Positions 25,688 to 40,739 of a DNA stretch of 64,000 nucleotides are shown here, piece by piece. Positions within the stretch are counted from its first letter, which is position 1, and every line of letters begins with the position of its first letter. Both the position numbers and the translations under genes were made by a program. The notes under the pieces were generated by a model. That model had not been told where the DNA came from and searched no databases. It saw nothing but the letters and a program-made list of their open reading frames with translations. Source of the stretch: Burkholderiales bacterium (lineage in GTDB: Bacteria; Pseudomonadota; Gammaproteobacteria; Burkholderiales; SHXO01); contig DAIQQA010000002.1 in NCBI GenBank assembly GCA_036787045.1, forward strand, positions 21,277-85,276, written 5' to 3'.

Positions 25688-26011
25688 TCAGGGCCCGTAG
25701 GTACGGTTCAGCCGCTGCTCGGCGCTGATGCTGCCCAGCACCTCGCGCAGCTCGTGCATCCAGTCCTGGGTAAGCAGCTGTATCTGCTCGTCCAGACGCA
25801 GCATCGTTTGGATGACCTCGCGCTTGCGGTTGCGCGACGAAGCGTCGCTACCGGGGTCGGGATCCTCCTGTCTGAGGCGATCCACGAGAACAGAGCGCTC
25901 CCGCTCCCGCTGCACGAGCGCATCCCAGTCGCCCTTCTGCGCCGCCTCCAGCATGGTGCGCGTGAGCTCGAGCGCGCGCTCGTAGCACTGGAGCACGCTC
26001 CGGGACTCCAC
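25688..26011 (-). CDS. fliT: flagellar export chaperone FliT-like
   Basis: 107 aa, helical. ...MLEAAQKGDWDALVQRERERSVLVDRL resembles FliT. Located directly downstream of fliS. Confidence 0.6.
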   Translation of the reverse strand: MESRSVLQCYERALELTRTMLEAAQKGDWDALVQRERERSVLVDRLRQEDPDPGSDASSRNRKREVIQTMLRLDEQIQLLTQDWMHELREVLGSISAEQRLNRTYGP

Positions 26012-26015
26012 CCCG

Positions 26016-26483
26016 TCAGACCCGCCCGTAGCTCAGCGCCGGACGTTGTGCCGGCTCATCGGCCTGGCTGCGTTCCAGTTGGGCCTGACGGCCTTGCCGC
26101 TCGAGCGCTTCCCAGGCCCCCTTGAGCTCGACGAGCAGGCTCGCCGCCTCGTCGAGCGACGGCTCGTCGCCCTTCAGGTTCGCGTACAACAGGCGATTCA
26201 CGATATATTCGTAAAGCGCCATGAGGTTGGCAGCGATGTCGCCGCCAGCCTCCAAATCCAGCGCAGGTCGCAACCCTTCGTCGATGATCGCGATGGCCCG
26301 GGATATGGATGCCCCGCGCGCGCCGACGTCCTTGCGCGCCACGGCCGCCTTGGCATTGTAGATGGCCTTCGCCGCGCCTTCGTAGAGCATTACCACTAGC
26401 TTCTGCGGGCTGGCGGCTGCCACCCCCGTTTCTATCTCGAGCCGCTGGTACGCGTCCAGCGCCTGCTCTACCCGAGCCGTCAT
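26016..26483 (-). CDS. fliS: flagellin-specific chaperone FliS
   Basis: 155 aa. YEGAAKAIYNAK...AIAIIDEGLRPALD...LYEYIVNRLLYAN, the FliS four-helix signature. Confidence 0.9.
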   Translation of the reverse strand: MTARVEQALDAYQRLEIETGVAAASPQKLVVMLYEGAAKAIYNAKAAVARKDVGARGASISRAIAIIDEGLRPALDLEAGGDIAANLMALYEYIVNRLLYANLKGDEPSLDEAASLLVELKGAWEALERQGRQAQLERSQADEPAQRPALSYGRV

Positions 26484-26507
26484 CGCTGTTCTCCTGGTTG
26501 GGTTCGG

Positions 26508-28511
26508 TTACTGCTGAGTCGGGTCAGGCAGCTTGTCGAGCTGCTGCGTCAGAAAGTTGCTCGTTGCCGTCAGGTTGCTGATCAGCGTGTCCAGAGTAGT
26601 GAACTGCGAGCGATAGCGCCGCTCGACATCTTCCAGGCGCCGGCTGAGCGTCTCCCTGCGACGGTCGAGCTCGGCAATGCTGCGGTTGATTCCTTCGGTG
26701 CGCCCGGCGACGCCCCCCTCCCCGGACAGCCAGCTCTCCAGGAGACCGGTCAGCCGCTCTGCGTAGCCGCGCGTGAAGTTGACGGCGCCGCGCGCCCCGA
26801 TGCTGCCACCGGTGACCTCGAGTACCAGTCCGTCTACCGCAGACCCGGATGCGCCGGTCAGGCGCTGACCGGATCCGGTCGCCGCCAAGCCGTTGATGGC
26901 ACCCGCCACGTCCACTCCGGCCGCAGCCACCGGAGCCGGCCCGAACAGTGTAGTCGCGGCGCTGCCTGCTGCGGCGACGGTCGAATTCGAGCCAAATCGC
27001 TTGGAGGTCATCGTCAGCAACCCGCCGGATTCCGTCACGACGACCTGGGCGCCCGCACCGCTCAGTGCCGCGCTGCCGTTCACGGCCGCCTGCACCTGGG
27101 CAGCGAGTGCCGACGCGGTGTAGGTTCCGGCAGCAAGCGTGACGCTGGCAGCCACGCCGTCCACGGTCACCGACAGGGCGTCGTTGACGCCAGCGGAGAT
27201 CGTCAGGCCGGCTGGAGCCGACCCGGTGAGCGTTCCCTGGCTCGCGAGTGTCGTGACATCCACGCTATACAGCCCCGGGGCCGTGCGCGTTCCGCTGGAG
27301 ATCACTTGCACCTGAACATCGGTCGCTGTCCCGAGCGACGCAAACAGTCGCGCGACATCGTCGGGGTGGCTGGCCAGTGCCTCCCCCAGCTTGCCTGAGT
27401 CGAACCCCAGTGAACCGTCGCGCTGGAAAGCGATCCCGGCCTGACCGAGGATGCGCACACTGCTGGTCTGCAGTCCTGGGAGGGCGGTCGAGAGTGCCGA
27501 GCGAAGCTGGGACTGGACCGCTCGCGCAGCCGGGTCGCCCAGCAGGGGCCCGCCCTGTCGCGTCTGCGGATCGTACTTGGTCAGTTCGCTAAGGGTAGTG
27601 TTGAAGTCGTTGTAGGCCTTCACCAGCGCCTGCAGCGCCTGAGTCACGCCCGCGGTGTCCCGCGCCAGTGTGAGCGTCGTGCTGCCGACCTTCGCAACGT
27701 TCAGGCTGATGCCCTCCAGCGCGTCGCCGACCACGTTGGATGAGCTGGAGATGGCAACGCCGTTGATCGAAAGCTTGGCGTCCTGAGCCGCAACGCTTTG
27801 CGTCAGGTTCTGGGTGCCAGAAGCGTCGTACGCCAGCAACGCCTGCACAGCGGCGTCTCCGCTCACCGAGACGCGCAGGCTGCGCGCTGCGCCGCTGCCG
27901 TCGCTTTGCAGCACCAGGCGGTAGGGTGCCGCGCTGCCGTCCTTGACGATGCTCGCGGTCACGCCGAGGCTTGCGGAGTTGATCGCATCGCGCACGCCCT
28001 GCAGGGAGTTGTTGGAAGCATCGATGGTGACCGTGCCTGCGGGGACGCTGCCGTCCTGCGTGAAGCTCGCGCCAGTGTAGATACCGCTCGACAGGGTGCC
28101 GCCGGCGATCGTGCCGAACTCGAAAGTCAGCGTCGTGCTCGCACCTGCTCCAATCGCACCGGTTGCGCTCGTCTGGCCTGCGGCAACCAAGGTCTGCTTC
28201 TGCGCCAGCTGACTGACGTCGATGGCGTAGCCGCCCGGCGACTTCGCGCTGGAGACCGAAGCGGACAGAATCGAGCTGTCCGCTGCCGTTGCCTTGAAGG
28301 CCTGGAAGCTTGACGGGCTATCCAGTGCCGACGCAGCGGTCTGCAACGCCGAGAGCGCACCGCGCAGGTTGCCGTAACCCGACAACTTCGCCTGGTACGC
28401 CGCCTCCTTGCTGTCGAGCAGCGTGAGCGGGCGCCGCTCGATGGTCATCAGCTGTGTGACGATGCTGTTGACGTCGAGGTTGGAGCCTACGCCCGGCGCC
28501 GAGATTGCCAT
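26508..28511 (-). CDS. fliD: flagellar filament cap protein FliD
   Basis: 667 aa. N-terminus ISAPGVGSNLDVNSIVTQLMTIERRPL and C-terminus YRSQFTTLDTLISNLTATSNFLTQQL. Long Ala/Gly/Ser/Thr-rich central region. Confidence 0.9.
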   Translation of the reverse strand: MAISAPGVGSNLDVNSIVTQLMTIERRPLTLLDSKEAAYQAKLSGYGNLRGALSALQTAASALDSPSSFQAFKATAADSSILSASVSSAKSPGGYAIDVSQLAQKQTLVAAGQTSATGAIGAGASTTLTFEFGTIAGGTLSSGIYTGASFTQDGSVPAGTVTIDASNNSLQGVRDAINSASLGVTASIVKDGSAAPYRLVLQSDGSGAARSLRVSVSGDAAVQALLAYDASGTQNLTQSVAAQDAKLSINGVAISSSSNVVGDALEGISLNVAKVGSTTLTLARDTAGVTQALQALVKAYNDFNTTLSELTKYDPQTRQGGPLLGDPAARAVQSQLRSALSTALPGLQTSSVRILGQAGIAFQRDGSLGFDSGKLGEALASHPDDVARLFASLGTATDVQVQVISSGTRTAPGLYSVDVTTLASQGTLTGSAPAGLTISAGVNDALSVTVDGVAASVTLAAGTYTASALAAQVQAAVNGSAALSGAGAQVVVTESGGLLTMTSKRFGSNSTVAAAGSAATTLFGPAPVAAAGVDVAGAINGLAATGSGQRLTGASGSAVDGLVLEVTGGSIGARGAVNFTRGYAERLTGLLESWLSGEGGVAGRTEGINRSIAELDRRRETLSRRLEDVERRYRSQFTTLDTLISNLTATSNFLTQQLDKLPDPTQQ

Positions 28512-28541
28512 GCGCCCCTCCTGGGATCTAGTGTGAGCATA

Positions 28542-28568
28542 TTAACGTCCGGGCTGGTGCTGGCTTTA
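28542..28568 (-). promoter_or_regulatory. candidate sigma-28 (FliA) promoter for fliD
   Basis: Minus strand reads TAAA-N15-GACGTTAA (consensus TAAA-N15-GCCGATAA; 6/8 in the -10 element), ending about 30 nt upstream of the fliD ATG. Confidence 0.45.
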
Positions 28569-28624
28569 ACCTGCCGTTCGGGCTGCAGCAGGGCGCAGGA
28601 TGCCCCCTGCGGCCCGGCCGGAAG

Positions 28625-28981
28625 CTACACCCGTTGGTGCAGCAGAAGCCCCTGCAGCCGTTCCAGCGAGCGGCTGACGGCCAGCACTTCCTCTGACGGG
28701 ATCTGCCGGATCAACTCGCCGCTGTCGCTGTCGACCACTCGGACGATGGTCTTGCCGGTGTCCTCATCGATGGAGAAGCGGATGTTCTGCGCAGCCGCAC
28801 GCAGCTGCTCGTTGATCCGCTCGACCGCAGTCCCGAGCTGCAGGGTATCTGGCTGTTGGGGTTGCGCGGGACCGGTACTGGGTGCAGCCGCGCTCACGGG
28901 CTCGCTGCGCGCGGGCGCCGGCTGCTGCGGGGTGTCCGGACGCAGCCCCGCGGCACTGCTCGTGATGGATTGAATCGCCAT
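28625..28981 (-). CDS. flaG: flagellar protein FlaG
   Basis: 118 aa. C-terminal FSIDEDTGKTIVRVVDSDSGELIRQIPSEEVL is the FlaG family signature. Between fliC and fliD. Confidence 0.8.
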   Translation of the reverse strand: MAIQSITSSAAGLRPDTPQQPAPARSEPVSAAAPSTGPAQPQQPDTLQLGTAVERINEQLRAAAQNIRFSIDEDTGKTIVRVVDSDSGELIRQIPSEEVLAVSRSLERLQGLLLHQRV

Positions 28982-29054
28982 AACCTCACCTCATTCAGCC
29001 AGCTCCTCGCCTCGCGTGAAGTTGCGTGGCGCGGTGGGCCCGTGGGCTGCATGA

Positions 29055-29081
29055 GGGGCAGGGAGATCGCTCCCCCTGCCC
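29055..29081 (-). terminator. GC-rich stem-loop downstream of fliC (no U-tract)
   Basis: Minus-strand RNA GGGCAG-GG-GGAG-CGAU-CUCC-CUGCCC, 31 nt after the fliC stop. It lacks a poly-U tail, so it may be a partial terminator or a stabiliser. Confidence 0.4.
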
Positions 29082-29111
29082 TGCTCGGCTTACCGGTTAC
29101 TGCCTACCGCG

Positions 29112-30620
29112 TTACCGCAGCAGCGTCAGAACGTTGTTGGGAACCACGTTGGCCTGCGCCAGCACCGCCGTACCCGCCTGCTGCAGAATCTGCGCACGCG
29201 TCAGATTCGCCGTCTCAGCGGCGAAGTCCGCGTCGCGGATGCGCGAGCGGGATGCCGACAGGTTCTCGGAGGTCGTCTGCAGGTTCGAGATGGTCGTCTC
29301 GAAGCGGCTCTGGAGGGCGCCGTACCGGGCACGCTGACCGTTCACCGCATTGAGCGCGTTGTCCACGATCGCCAAGGTCCGGTTAGCGGCGTCGACGTTC
29401 GACACATCGAGCTTGCTGACGTCTTGCAACTGCCCGGCTGCGGCGGCGACGTCGAAGATGTCCCCGGCCGTCGCGCCGGTGATGCCGAAGCTCTTGTCGG
29501 AATCGAGCGTGATCGCGCCGGTGATGACCGCTGCCGCAGCACCGCCCGCAACCGCCAGGTTGTTGCCTCCGGCGATGTCCTTGATATTGAATGCCGACGC
29601 AGCGACGGAGTTGTTGTCGAGCGTGATGTCCTCGCCGGACGCATTCAGCAGGAAGATTCCGGTACCGGCAGCATTGACACGCGCCGTCACGCCGGTCTTC
29701 GACGAGGTGTCGTTGAACGCATTGACCACCGCGGACAGGCCATCGGCATTCACGGTACCGCCAACGGTGAACGAGAGCGTGACCGCCGTCGTATTGTCGG
29801 ACGTGACGTCGACGGAGTAGGTTGCCCCGGCCACCCATCCATCCAGCAGCACCTCGGTACGCGCGCTCGCGGTCACGCCCGTCTTCGCCGCTTCTGCATT
29901 CACGGAAGCCGCGACATCCTTGACGCTCGCAGCGGCCGCGACCGTGATCGTCGCAGAGCCGGCGGCACCGTTTACAGTAAAGCTGCCAGCGGCAACACGG
30001 CTGGTCGTTGTCGTTGCGAAGCCCAGCGTGGCATCCTCGGCCGCGGTGCCAAGAACGAGGTCGCCTGCGGTAGAAGTTGCCGTCGCGGCCAGCGAACCGA
30101 GACGGTAGTTGCCGTAGGCGGTGTTGCGGAAATTGGCGGAGGTGGCGATGATCGTTTGGTTAGCGTTGGCCCCGACCTGGAACTGAGCAGACGTGAACGA
30201 GCCGTCGAGCAGCTTCTGGCCGTTGAACTCCGTCGTGAGCGCGATGCGGTCCAGCTCGGCGGTGAGTTGGGCGACTTCGGAGTTCAGCGCCTGGCGGTCG
30301 CCGGCGGAGTTCGTCGCGTTGGCCGACTGCACCGCCAGCTCACGGATACGCTGCAGGATATCGCCAGCCGAGGCGAGCGCACCCTCCGCGGTCTGCGCGA
30401 GCGAGATGCCATCGTTGGCGTTGCGGCGTGCCTGGTCGAGACCGCGGATCTGCGCGGTGAAGCGTTCCGAAATTGCCAGACCGGCGGCGTCATCGCGCGC
30501 ACTATTGATGCGCAGACCGGAGGACAAGCGCTGCAATGCTTGCGCGAGCGCGCCCTGCGAAGTGTTCAGGTTTCGCTGCGCGGTCAGCGATGGCACGTTG
30601 GTGTTGATGATCTGAGGCAT
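29112..30620 (-). CDS. fliC: flagellin
   Basis: 502 aa. Conserved N-terminus ([54 protein letters not shown]) and C-terminus ([34 protein letters not shown]), with an Ala/Thr/Gly/Val-rich variable middle. Confidence 0.95.
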   Translation of the reverse strand: MPQIINTNVPSLTAQRNLNTSQGALAQALQRLSSGLRINSARDDAAGLAISERFTAQIRGLDQARRNANDGISLAQTAEGALASAGDILQRIRELAVQSANATNSAGDRQALNSEVAQLTAELDRIALTTEFNGQKLLDGSFTSAQFQVGANANQTIIATSANFRNTAYGNYRLGSLAATATSTAGDLVLGTAAEDATLGFATTTTSRVAAGSFTVNGAAGSATITVAAAASVKDVAASVNAEAAKTGVTASARTEVLLDGWVAGATYSVDVTSDNTTAVTLSFTVGGTVNADGLSAVVNAFNDTSSKTGVTARVNAAGTGIFLLNASGEDITLDNNSVAASAFNIKDIAGGNNLAVAGGAAAAVITGAITLDSDKSFGITGATAGDIFDVAAAAGQLQDVSKLDVSNVDAANRTLAIVDNALNAVNGQRARYGALQSRFETTISNLQTTSENLSASRSRIRDADFAAETANLTRAQILQQAGTAVLAQANVVPNNVLTLLR

Positions 30621-30823
30621 TCTTTACTCCTTACTCCTTTGTTGAGAGCCGGAAAGCGAAGTCCAGTAACGTTGTGTTCTGGCTGCGACCGTTGCTCCAG
30701 ATTAACGGCAGAAGTTGCCGGAACTTGAGTTGCCGGTTGCCGCTGAAGAGGATGGGAAGGAGTAGGGAAAGCGGCGTGGATGCTCGATCTTCGAGGATTG
30801 ATCGATGCGCCGCTTGAAGCGGA

Positions 30824-30850
30824 TTTACGGCACGAGCCGGAAAAACTTTA
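30824..30850 (-). promoter_or_regulatory. sigma-28 (FliA) promoter for fliC
   Basis: Minus strand reads TAAAGTTTTTCCGGCTCGTGCCGTAAA, i.e. TAAA-N15-GCCGTAAA against consensus TAAA-N15-GCCGATAA (7/8). Predicts a leader of about 195 nt. Confidence 0.7.
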
Positions 30851-30872
30851 GCGGACAGAAGTCCGCGCGACG

Positions 30873-31406
30873 TCAGTCGTCCCCGGCCGGCTGGTCCGGA
30901 AAGAGAATGGCGTGAAAGCCGAAGTTGCGCATGTCTCGTATGCGCATCGGGTAGAGTATGCCATCCAAATGATCGCATTCGTGCTGAACGACGCGCGCGT
31001 GAAAGCCCCCGACGGCCCGGTCGATCGGTGCGCCATACTGGTCGACGCCACGGTAGCGCAGCTGACTGTAGCGTGGCACCAGGCCCCGCATGCCCGGCAC
31101 GCTGAGGCAGCCTTCCCAGCCCTCCTCCATCGCGTCCGACAACGGTGTGATGACGGGGTTGATCAGCACGGTGTGAGGCACCGGCTCGGCATGGGGATAG
31201 CGCGGATTGCGCGCGACGCCGAAGATCACCACCCGCAGCGGCACACCGATCTGAGGCGCCGCCAGGCCGGCGCCACTCAACGCCTCCATGGTGTCGTGCA
31301 TGTCGGTCAGCAGCGCGTGCAGCTCGGGCGTGTCCAGCTCCTCGAGTTCGCGCGCACGTTCCAGCAGCCGTGGATCCCCCATGCGCAGGACCGTTCTAAC
31401 CGCCAT
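30873..31406 (-). CDS. def: peptide deformylase
   Basis: Start reset to ATG 31406 ([14 protein letters not shown]). Motifs [27 protein letters not shown]. Confidence 0.92.
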   Translation of the reverse strand: MAVRTVLRMGDPRLLERARELEELDTPELHALLTDMHDTMEALSGAGLAAPQIGVPLRVVIFGVARNPRYPHAEPVPHTVLINPVITPLSDAMEEGWEGCLSVPGMRGLVPRYSQLRYRGVDQYGAPIDRAVGGFHARVVQHECDHLDGILYPMRIRDMRNFGFHAILFPDQPAGDD

Positions 31407-32142
31407 GGTGATCCGCCAGCTCCTCGATGATCCTGCGCACCTTGCCCAGTGCGATCTGCAGCGTCGCGTTAATCTCCTCCATGCGGATGCCTTCGCGGCT
31501 GCCGGCGCGGCCGGCGGCATGGTTCGCGACCACCGCGATCGCTGCGTAGCGCAGGTCCAGCTCGCGGGCGAGCGCAGCCTCAGGCATCCCGGTCATGCCT
31601 ACCATGTCCGCACCGTCGCGCTCGAACCGATCGATCTCGGCGGCAGTCTCCAGCCGTGGTCCCTGACTGGTGGCGTAAACGCCACCGTCCACGATCGCCT
31701 GGCCGGCGCGACGGGCTGCGTCGAGGCAGCTCTGGCGCAGCTGCTCGCAATAGGGATGCGTGAAGTCGATGTGCACGACGCCGCGCTCATCGCCTTCGTA
31801 GAAGGTGTGCTTGCGCCCGCTCGTGTAGTCGATGATCTGATGCGGCACGGCGATCACGCCGGGGCCCAGATCCGCTCGGATGCCGCCGACTGAAGCGACC
31901 GAAACGACGTGCGTGACCTTCTCGACGTGCAGCGCCCAGATGTTCGCGCGGTAGTTCACCATGTGCGGCGGGATGGTATGGCCGTAGCCGTGCCGCGCTA
32001 GGAACACCACCTGACGGTCATTGACTTTGCCGAAGGTGAGCGCACCAGAGGGCTCGCCCCACGGCGTGCGCACCACCTGGCGTCGGCTGACCTCCAGGTT
32101 GGACAGCTGGGTGAGGCCGGTGCCTCCGATGATCGCTAGCAT
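31396..32142 (-). CDS. mtnP: S-methyl-5'-thioadenosine/thioinosine phosphorylase (PNP family 2)
   Basis: [10 protein letters not shown]... at ATG 32142 (an alternative GTG at 32157 lies inside repeat F). [25 protein letters not shown] is typical of MTAP/MTIP. Confidence 0.85.
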   Translation of the reverse strand: MLAIIGGTGLTQLSNLEVSRRQVVRTPWGEPSGALTFGKVNDRQVVFLARHGYGHTIPPHMVNYRANIWALHVEKVTHVVSVASVGGIRADLGPGVIAVPHQIIDYTSGRKHTFYEGDERGVVHIDFTHPYCEQLRQSCLDAARRAGQAIVDGGVYATSQGPRLETAAEIDRFERDGADMVGMTGMPEAALARELDLRYAAIAVVANHAAGRAGSREGIRMEEINATLQIALGKVRRIIEELADHHGG

Positions 32143-32148
32143 GATGAA

Positions 32149-32236
32149 TACGAGCACTGAGCACCGAGTATCGAGTACCGTGTGATCTGCGTCGGGCTTG
32201 CGACGTCACTCGGTCCCCAGCACTCAGCGCTCATCA
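32149..32236. repeat. composite hairpin element F (GAGCAC/CGAGTA-type arms)
   Basis: Left arm ACGAGCACTGAGCACCGAGTATCGAGTACCG. Reverse complement of the right arm: ATGAGCGCTGAGTGCTGGGGACCGAGTGACG. About 25-nt core, between the hpt stop and the mtnP start. Confidence 0.6.
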
Positions 32237-32779
32237 CTTCTCCTTCAGTGCATAGATTGCCGGCAGGTTCCGCCACGCCTCCTCCACATCCATGCCGAAG
32301 CCGAAGACGTAGCGGTCGGGCACAGTGACGCCGACGAAGTCGGGATGCACCGGCTTCGGTCGCCCGATGTCCTTGTTGGCGAACACGGCGCAGTAGACTT
32401 CCCCGGCGCCGTCGTCGAGCAGCCGTCGCTTGATCGCCGCCAGCGTGTCGCCTTCGTCCAGGATGTCGTCCAGCACCAGAACGACACGGCCGCCGATGGG
32501 TTGGCGGGGCAGGACCTTCCACGTCAGCACGCCGCCACGGGTCGCACCGTCGTAGCGGGTCGCGTGCAGGTAGTCGAACTCCAGCGGGAACCGAAGTAGC
32601 GGCAGGAGTTGGCCGCTGAACACCACGCTGCCGCCCATCACGCTGAGCACCAGCGGATGCCGGTCGCGCAGGCGCGCGGCGATCTCCTCGGCCAGGCGTC
32701 GCAGCGCCTCGCCCACGGCTGCTTCGCTGCAGACCAGCTCCGCGCTGCGCAGGACCGCCCAGGCCCGATCCCGATCCAT
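32234..32779 (-). CDS. hpt: hypoxanthine-guanine phosphoribosyltransferase
   Basis: 181 aa with the PRPP-binding motif VVLVLDDILDEGDTL. Confidence 0.85.
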   Translation of the reverse strand: MDRDRAWAVLRSAELVCSEAAVGEALRRLAEEIAARLRDRHPLVLSVMGGSVVFSGQLLPLLRFPLEFDYLHATRYDGATRGGVLTWKVLPRQPIGGRVVLVLDDILDEGDTLAAIKRRLLDDGAGEVYCAVFANKDIGRPKPVHPDFVGVTVPDRYVFGFGMDVEEAWRNLPAIYALKEK

Positions 32780-32783
32780 GTGC

Positions 32784-36847
<4,064 letters not shown>

Positions 36848-36995
36848 GACTATCCCCGGACGGGGTCCTCCCTCTGGGTCCGCGTCACCGCGGACACTGC
36901 CCTCCGTGATTTCGTGCCCGCGCGCTCATGCGGCGCTTCTTCGATCAGGCCGTCACGATACACGCAGCACGGGCGAGCGGCCACGGCTTGCCGGA

Positions 36996-39900
36996 TCACG
37001 CCGCCGCCTCGGTCTCCTCGCGGATCCGCAACGCTTCGTCGATGTCCACCGCTACCACCTTGGACACTCCCTGCTCGGGCATGGTGATGCCGACCAGCTG
37101 CTCGGCCATCTCCATGGTGATCTTGTTGTGGCTGATGAACAGGAATTGCGTCTGCTGCGCCATCTGCTGCACCAGCTTGCAGAAGCGCTCGGTGTTGGTG
37201 TCGTCCAGCGGCGCGTCGACCTCATCGAGGAGGCAGAAGGGCGCGGGATTGAGCTGGAACAGCGAGAACACCAGCGACAGCGCGGTCAGCGCCTTCTCCC
37301 CGCCGGACAGGAGGTGGATCGATGCGTTGCGCTTGCCCGGCGGGCGCGCGACGATGCTGATGCCGGCGTCCAGGATCTCCTCGCCCGTCATGACCAGGCG
37401 CGCTTCGCCGCCCCCGAACAGGGCCGGGAACAGTTGGCTCAAGTTGCCGTTCACCTGGTCGAACGTAGCCTGCAGGCGCTCGCGCGTTTCCCGGTCGATG
37501 CGCCGGATGGCATTCTCCAGCGTGGTTACCGCCTCGTGCAGATCGCGCGACTGAGCCTCGAGGTAGGAGCGCCGCTCGCGCCCCGCCGTGAGCTCGTCCA
37601 GAGCGGCCAGGTTCACCGCTCCCAGCGCGGCGATCTCCTCACCCAGCCGGTTGATCTCGGTCTGCAGCGCGCCCGGCCGCATGCCCTTCTCCAGCTTGCC
37701 GGCCAGCTCCGTCTCGTCGACCCCCGCTTCCACCAGCTGCGCCGAGAAGTTTTCCTCGGCGAGCCGGGCCTCCTGCTCCTTCAGCCGCAGGTCGCCAGCG
37801 CGCTCCCGCAGCGGCGCGAGCTTCTGCTCGCTTGCCATTCGCTGCTGCTCGGTCTCCTTCAGATTGCGTTCGGCCTCCTCGAGCTCCTGGCGAGCGAGAT
37901 TCAAGGCCTGCTCGCGCTGCAGGCGCAGCTCGAGTGCCGCCCCCAGTTGTGTCTGCAACGGGCGTTCGTCCAGACCGGACAGCTCCTCGTTCAAGCCCTG
38001 CAGCGAACGGTCCAGGCGCTCGATCTTGTCGCTGAGCGCACGGATGCCGTTCTCCGTGTCGACAATCCGCTGCGATGCCGACCGATGGTTGAAGATGGCC
38101 TCCTGCAGTCGCCGTGCAGCCACCTGCGCGCTCTCGCGCCGCTGGGCCAGCGTCTCACCCGCGCGTGCATGCGCCTCTCGGGCACCGTCCAGTTGCGCGG
38201 CAGCCTCCTCCAGACGTGCGGACAGCTCCTCGAGCCGCAACGAGGCCCGGGTGCGGGCGGCCGCCTCGCGCTCGATCTGTCCGGCGACCTCCTGTACTTC
38301 GTCGGCGAGCTGCGACCGGCGGTGCACGATGCGCTCCATCTGCTCCGACAGGCGTACCTGGTCCAGTTCCAGGTCATGCCGCCGCTGCTGGGCCGCGTCG
38401 GCTTCCTGGCGCAGCTTCTGCAGCTCCAGACGCGCGTGATCCAGCTCGGCCTGCGCTTCTACCACTTCCGAGCGCGCGGCCGCTTGGGCCTGCTCCAGGT
38501 CTTCGCGTCGGGCCTTGAGCTCCTCGATCTCGCGCTGGCGCGACAGGATGCCGTGGATCTCCGAATCGGCGGCGTGGAAGCTCACGCTGCTGCGTGTGAA
38601 AACGTGGCCCTGCGGGCAGACAATCATCGCGCCGGCGGCCAGCTCTGCCCGTTGCGCGAAGCCCTCGGCTGCGTTGCTGACGACGAATACGTTGGCGAGC
38701 CAATCGGTCAAGACTGCGGCAACACCCGCGTTGGTGCACGTGATGTATTCGCGCAAGGGCGTGCGGCCGCCGGCTGCCGTGCTGTCGGCCTCGCCACTGC
38801 GCTTCTGGAAGAAGGACACCTTGCCGGGCGGCGGTTGAGTCAGCCAGCTGGCGGCACGCTGCAGGTCTTCCAGAGCGATGCCGTTCAGGCGCTCCCGCAG
38901 CACCGCCTCCAGGGCATCTTCCCAGCCCGGCACGATGCGGATGCCCTGCCACAGGCGGCCAAAACCATCGAGCTGGTGGTCGTCCAGCCAGGCGTGCATC
39001 TCACCCGAGCGGCTGACCTGCTGCTGCAGCAGCTCCAGCGCCGTTGCGCGGGCATCCAGCGCGGCCAGCTCGCGGGAGGCAGTTTCGGCCGCTTCTGTTG
39101 TCTGGCGGTGGGTTTGCTCCAATGCGGGCAGACTGGCTTCGGCCTGCGTCAGCGCATCGCGCTTCTCCCGGTGCTGGTAGTCCAGCTCGCCCAGCTCGCG
39201 GGTGAGCCGATCGAGCTCTTCGCGGTCCACGTCCTCCAGGGTCTGCTGCTCCTGCAGGAGTCGTTCGCGGCGCTGGCCCAGCTGGACTAGCAGTCCGGCC
39301 GCGTGGTCGTGGCGCGTCAGCTCGACCTGCTCTTCCTGGCGATGGCGCGCAAGGTCCTGGGTCAACCGATCCGCCTCGGTCCGCGTGGTCGCAAATACCT
39401 GCTCGGCGGCCGGAAGCTGCTGGGATTCGAGGCGCTCCTGCTCGCGGCATTCGTCGAGCTGCTGCGCAGCCGTCTCCAGCTCGCTGCGCTCCTCCGCCAG
39501 GCCAGTGTGCAGAGTCTCGAGCTGGCTGGCGGACTCTGTGCGCTCCTGCGACACCGCGCCGATCTGGCTGTCCACCCGGCGCCGGCTGTCGCGCAGGTGC
39601 TGCAGGGACTGCTCCAGGCGGGCCGCCTCGGCGTTGGTTTCGTACATGGCACCCTGTGCCGCATGCACGTGGTCGCTGGCAGCGTAGTGCGCCACGCGCT
39701 GCTCCTCCACGTGGCTTTCCAGCTCGCGCATGCGCGCCGTCTCGGCCTCCAGGTCGATCGCCACCTGGTCCAGCTCGCGCTGCAGCCGGGTGCGGCTACT
39801 CACGGCGTCCTGCTTGCGCAGCAGCCACAGCAGGTGCTGCGTGAGCCTGAGGTCGGCCTCGAGTGCGCGGTACTTAGCCGCGACTTCGGCCTGGCCCTCG

Positions 39901-40523
39901 AGATGCGCGAGCTGTTTGCCGAGCTCTTGCAGAATGTCGTCCACGCGCGCCAGATTGTCCCGCGTGTCCTCCAGCCGCTGCTCGGTTTCCTTGCGCCGCT
40001 CGCGGTACTTGGAGATTCCGGCGGCTTCCTCCAGAAAGGTGCGCAGCTCTTCGGGACGCGCCTCGACGATGCGCGAGATCATCCCCTGCTCGATGATGGC
40101 GTAGGCTCGCCCACCCAGCCCAGTGCCCAGGAAGATGTCCGCCACGTCCCGCCGGCGCACGTGCATGTTGTTGATGTAGTAGGACGATTCGCCGTCGCGC
40201 TCGAGCAGGCGCTTGACCGAGATCTCGGCGTACTGGGCCCAGGGGCCGCCCGCTTTGCCCAGGCTGTTATCGAACACCAGCTCCACACTGGCGCGGTTGG
40301 ACGGCTTGCGCTCGCCCGAGCCGTTGAAGATCACGTCCTGCATCGTCTCGCCGCGCAGATGCTTGGCCGATGATTCCCCCAGCACCCAGCGCACGGCGTC
40401 GATGACGTTGGATTTGCCGCACCCGTTCGGGCCGACTACACCGACCAGGCTGCCCGGCACGGGGATGTGGGTTGGATCGACGAAGGACTTGAAGCCGGCG
40501 AGTTTGATGTGGGAGAGACGCAA
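36996..40523 (-). CDS. smc: chromosome segregation protein SMC
   Basis: 1175 aa. Walker [10 protein letters not shown], long coiled coils, hinge, signature [11 protein letters not shown], Walker [13 protein letters not shown]. Confidence 0.95.
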   Translation of the reverse strand: MRLSHIKLAGFKSFVDPTHIPVPGSLVGVVGPNGCGKSNVIDAVRWVLGESSAKHLRGETMQDVIFNGSGERKPSNRASVELVFDNSLGKAGGPWAQYAEISVKRLLERDGESSYYINNMHVRRRDVADIFLGTGLGGRAYAIIEQGMISRIVEARPEELRTFLEEAAGISKYRERRKETEQRLEDTRDNLARVDDILQELGKQLAHLEGQAEVAAKYRALEADLRLTQHLLWLLRKQDAVSSRTRLQRELDQVAIDLEAETARMRELESHVEEQRVAHYAASDHVHAAQGAMYETNAEAARLEQSLQHLRDSRRRVDSQIGAVSQERTESASQLETLHTGLAEERSELETAAQQLDECREQERLESQQLPAAEQVFATTRTEADRLTQDLARHRQEEQVELTRHDHAAGLLVQLGQRRERLLQEQQTLEDVDREELDRLTRELGELDYQHREKRDALTQAEASLPALEQTHRQTTEAAETASRELAALDARATALELLQQQVSRSGEMHAWLDDHQLDGFGRLWQGIRIVPGWEDALEAVLRERLNGIALEDLQRAASWLTQPPPGKVSFFQKRSGEADSTAAGGRTPLREYITCTNAGVAAVLTDWLANVFVVSNAAEGFAQRAELAAGAMIVCPQGHVFTRSSVSFHAADSEIHGILSRQREIEELKARREDLEQAQAAARSEVVEAQAELDHARLELQKLRQEADAAQQRRHDLELDQVRLSEQMERIVHRRSQLADEVQEVAGQIEREAAARTRASLRLEELSARLEEAAAQLDGAREAHARAGETLAQRRESAQVAARRLQEAIFNHRSASQRIVDTENGIRALSDKIERLDRSLQGLNEELSGLDERPLQTQLGAALELRLQREQALNLARQELEEAERNLKETEQQRMASEQKLAPLRERAGDLRLKEQEARLAEENFSAQLVEAGVDETELAGKLEKGMRPGALQTEINRLGEEIAALGAVNLAALDELTAGRERRSYLEAQSRDLHEAVTTLENAIRRIDRETRERLQATFDQVNGNLSQLFPALFGGGEARLVMTGEEILDAGISIVARPPGKRNASIHLLSGGEKALTALSLVFSLFQLNPAPFCLLDEVDAPLDDTNTERFCKLVQQMAQQTQFLFISHNKITMEMAEQLVGITMPEQGVSKVVAVDIDEALRIREETEAAA

Positions 40524-40739
40524 TTGGACCGGACCGGATTAGAATTAGCGGGTAACCTCAAGCCCTCCCGGCAGCGACAGAAAACAAACGCCCAGTCCTA
40601 CACAACGCATCAGGACCGGGCGCAGTTCACGGGCCGGCAGAGCTGCTGGAAGGTCGCGGCGCAATCACATCAGGCTCAATTGCCGGATCGCTGCCCGACC
40701 TGGGAACGCATTTTAACCGATTCGTCATTGGCAGTGACA

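Noticed and set aside
32143-32157. Longer GTG-initiated N-terminus (MLVFI) for the MTA/MTI phosphorylase
   Set aside because: The extension lies inside repeat element F, and the conserved family N-terminus begins at MLAIIGGTG (ATG 32142).
40524-40739. preQ1 riboswitch upstream of queF
   Set aside because: I could not recognise the compact preQ1-I/II hairpin-plus-A-rich-tail pattern. An Rfam scan would be decisive.
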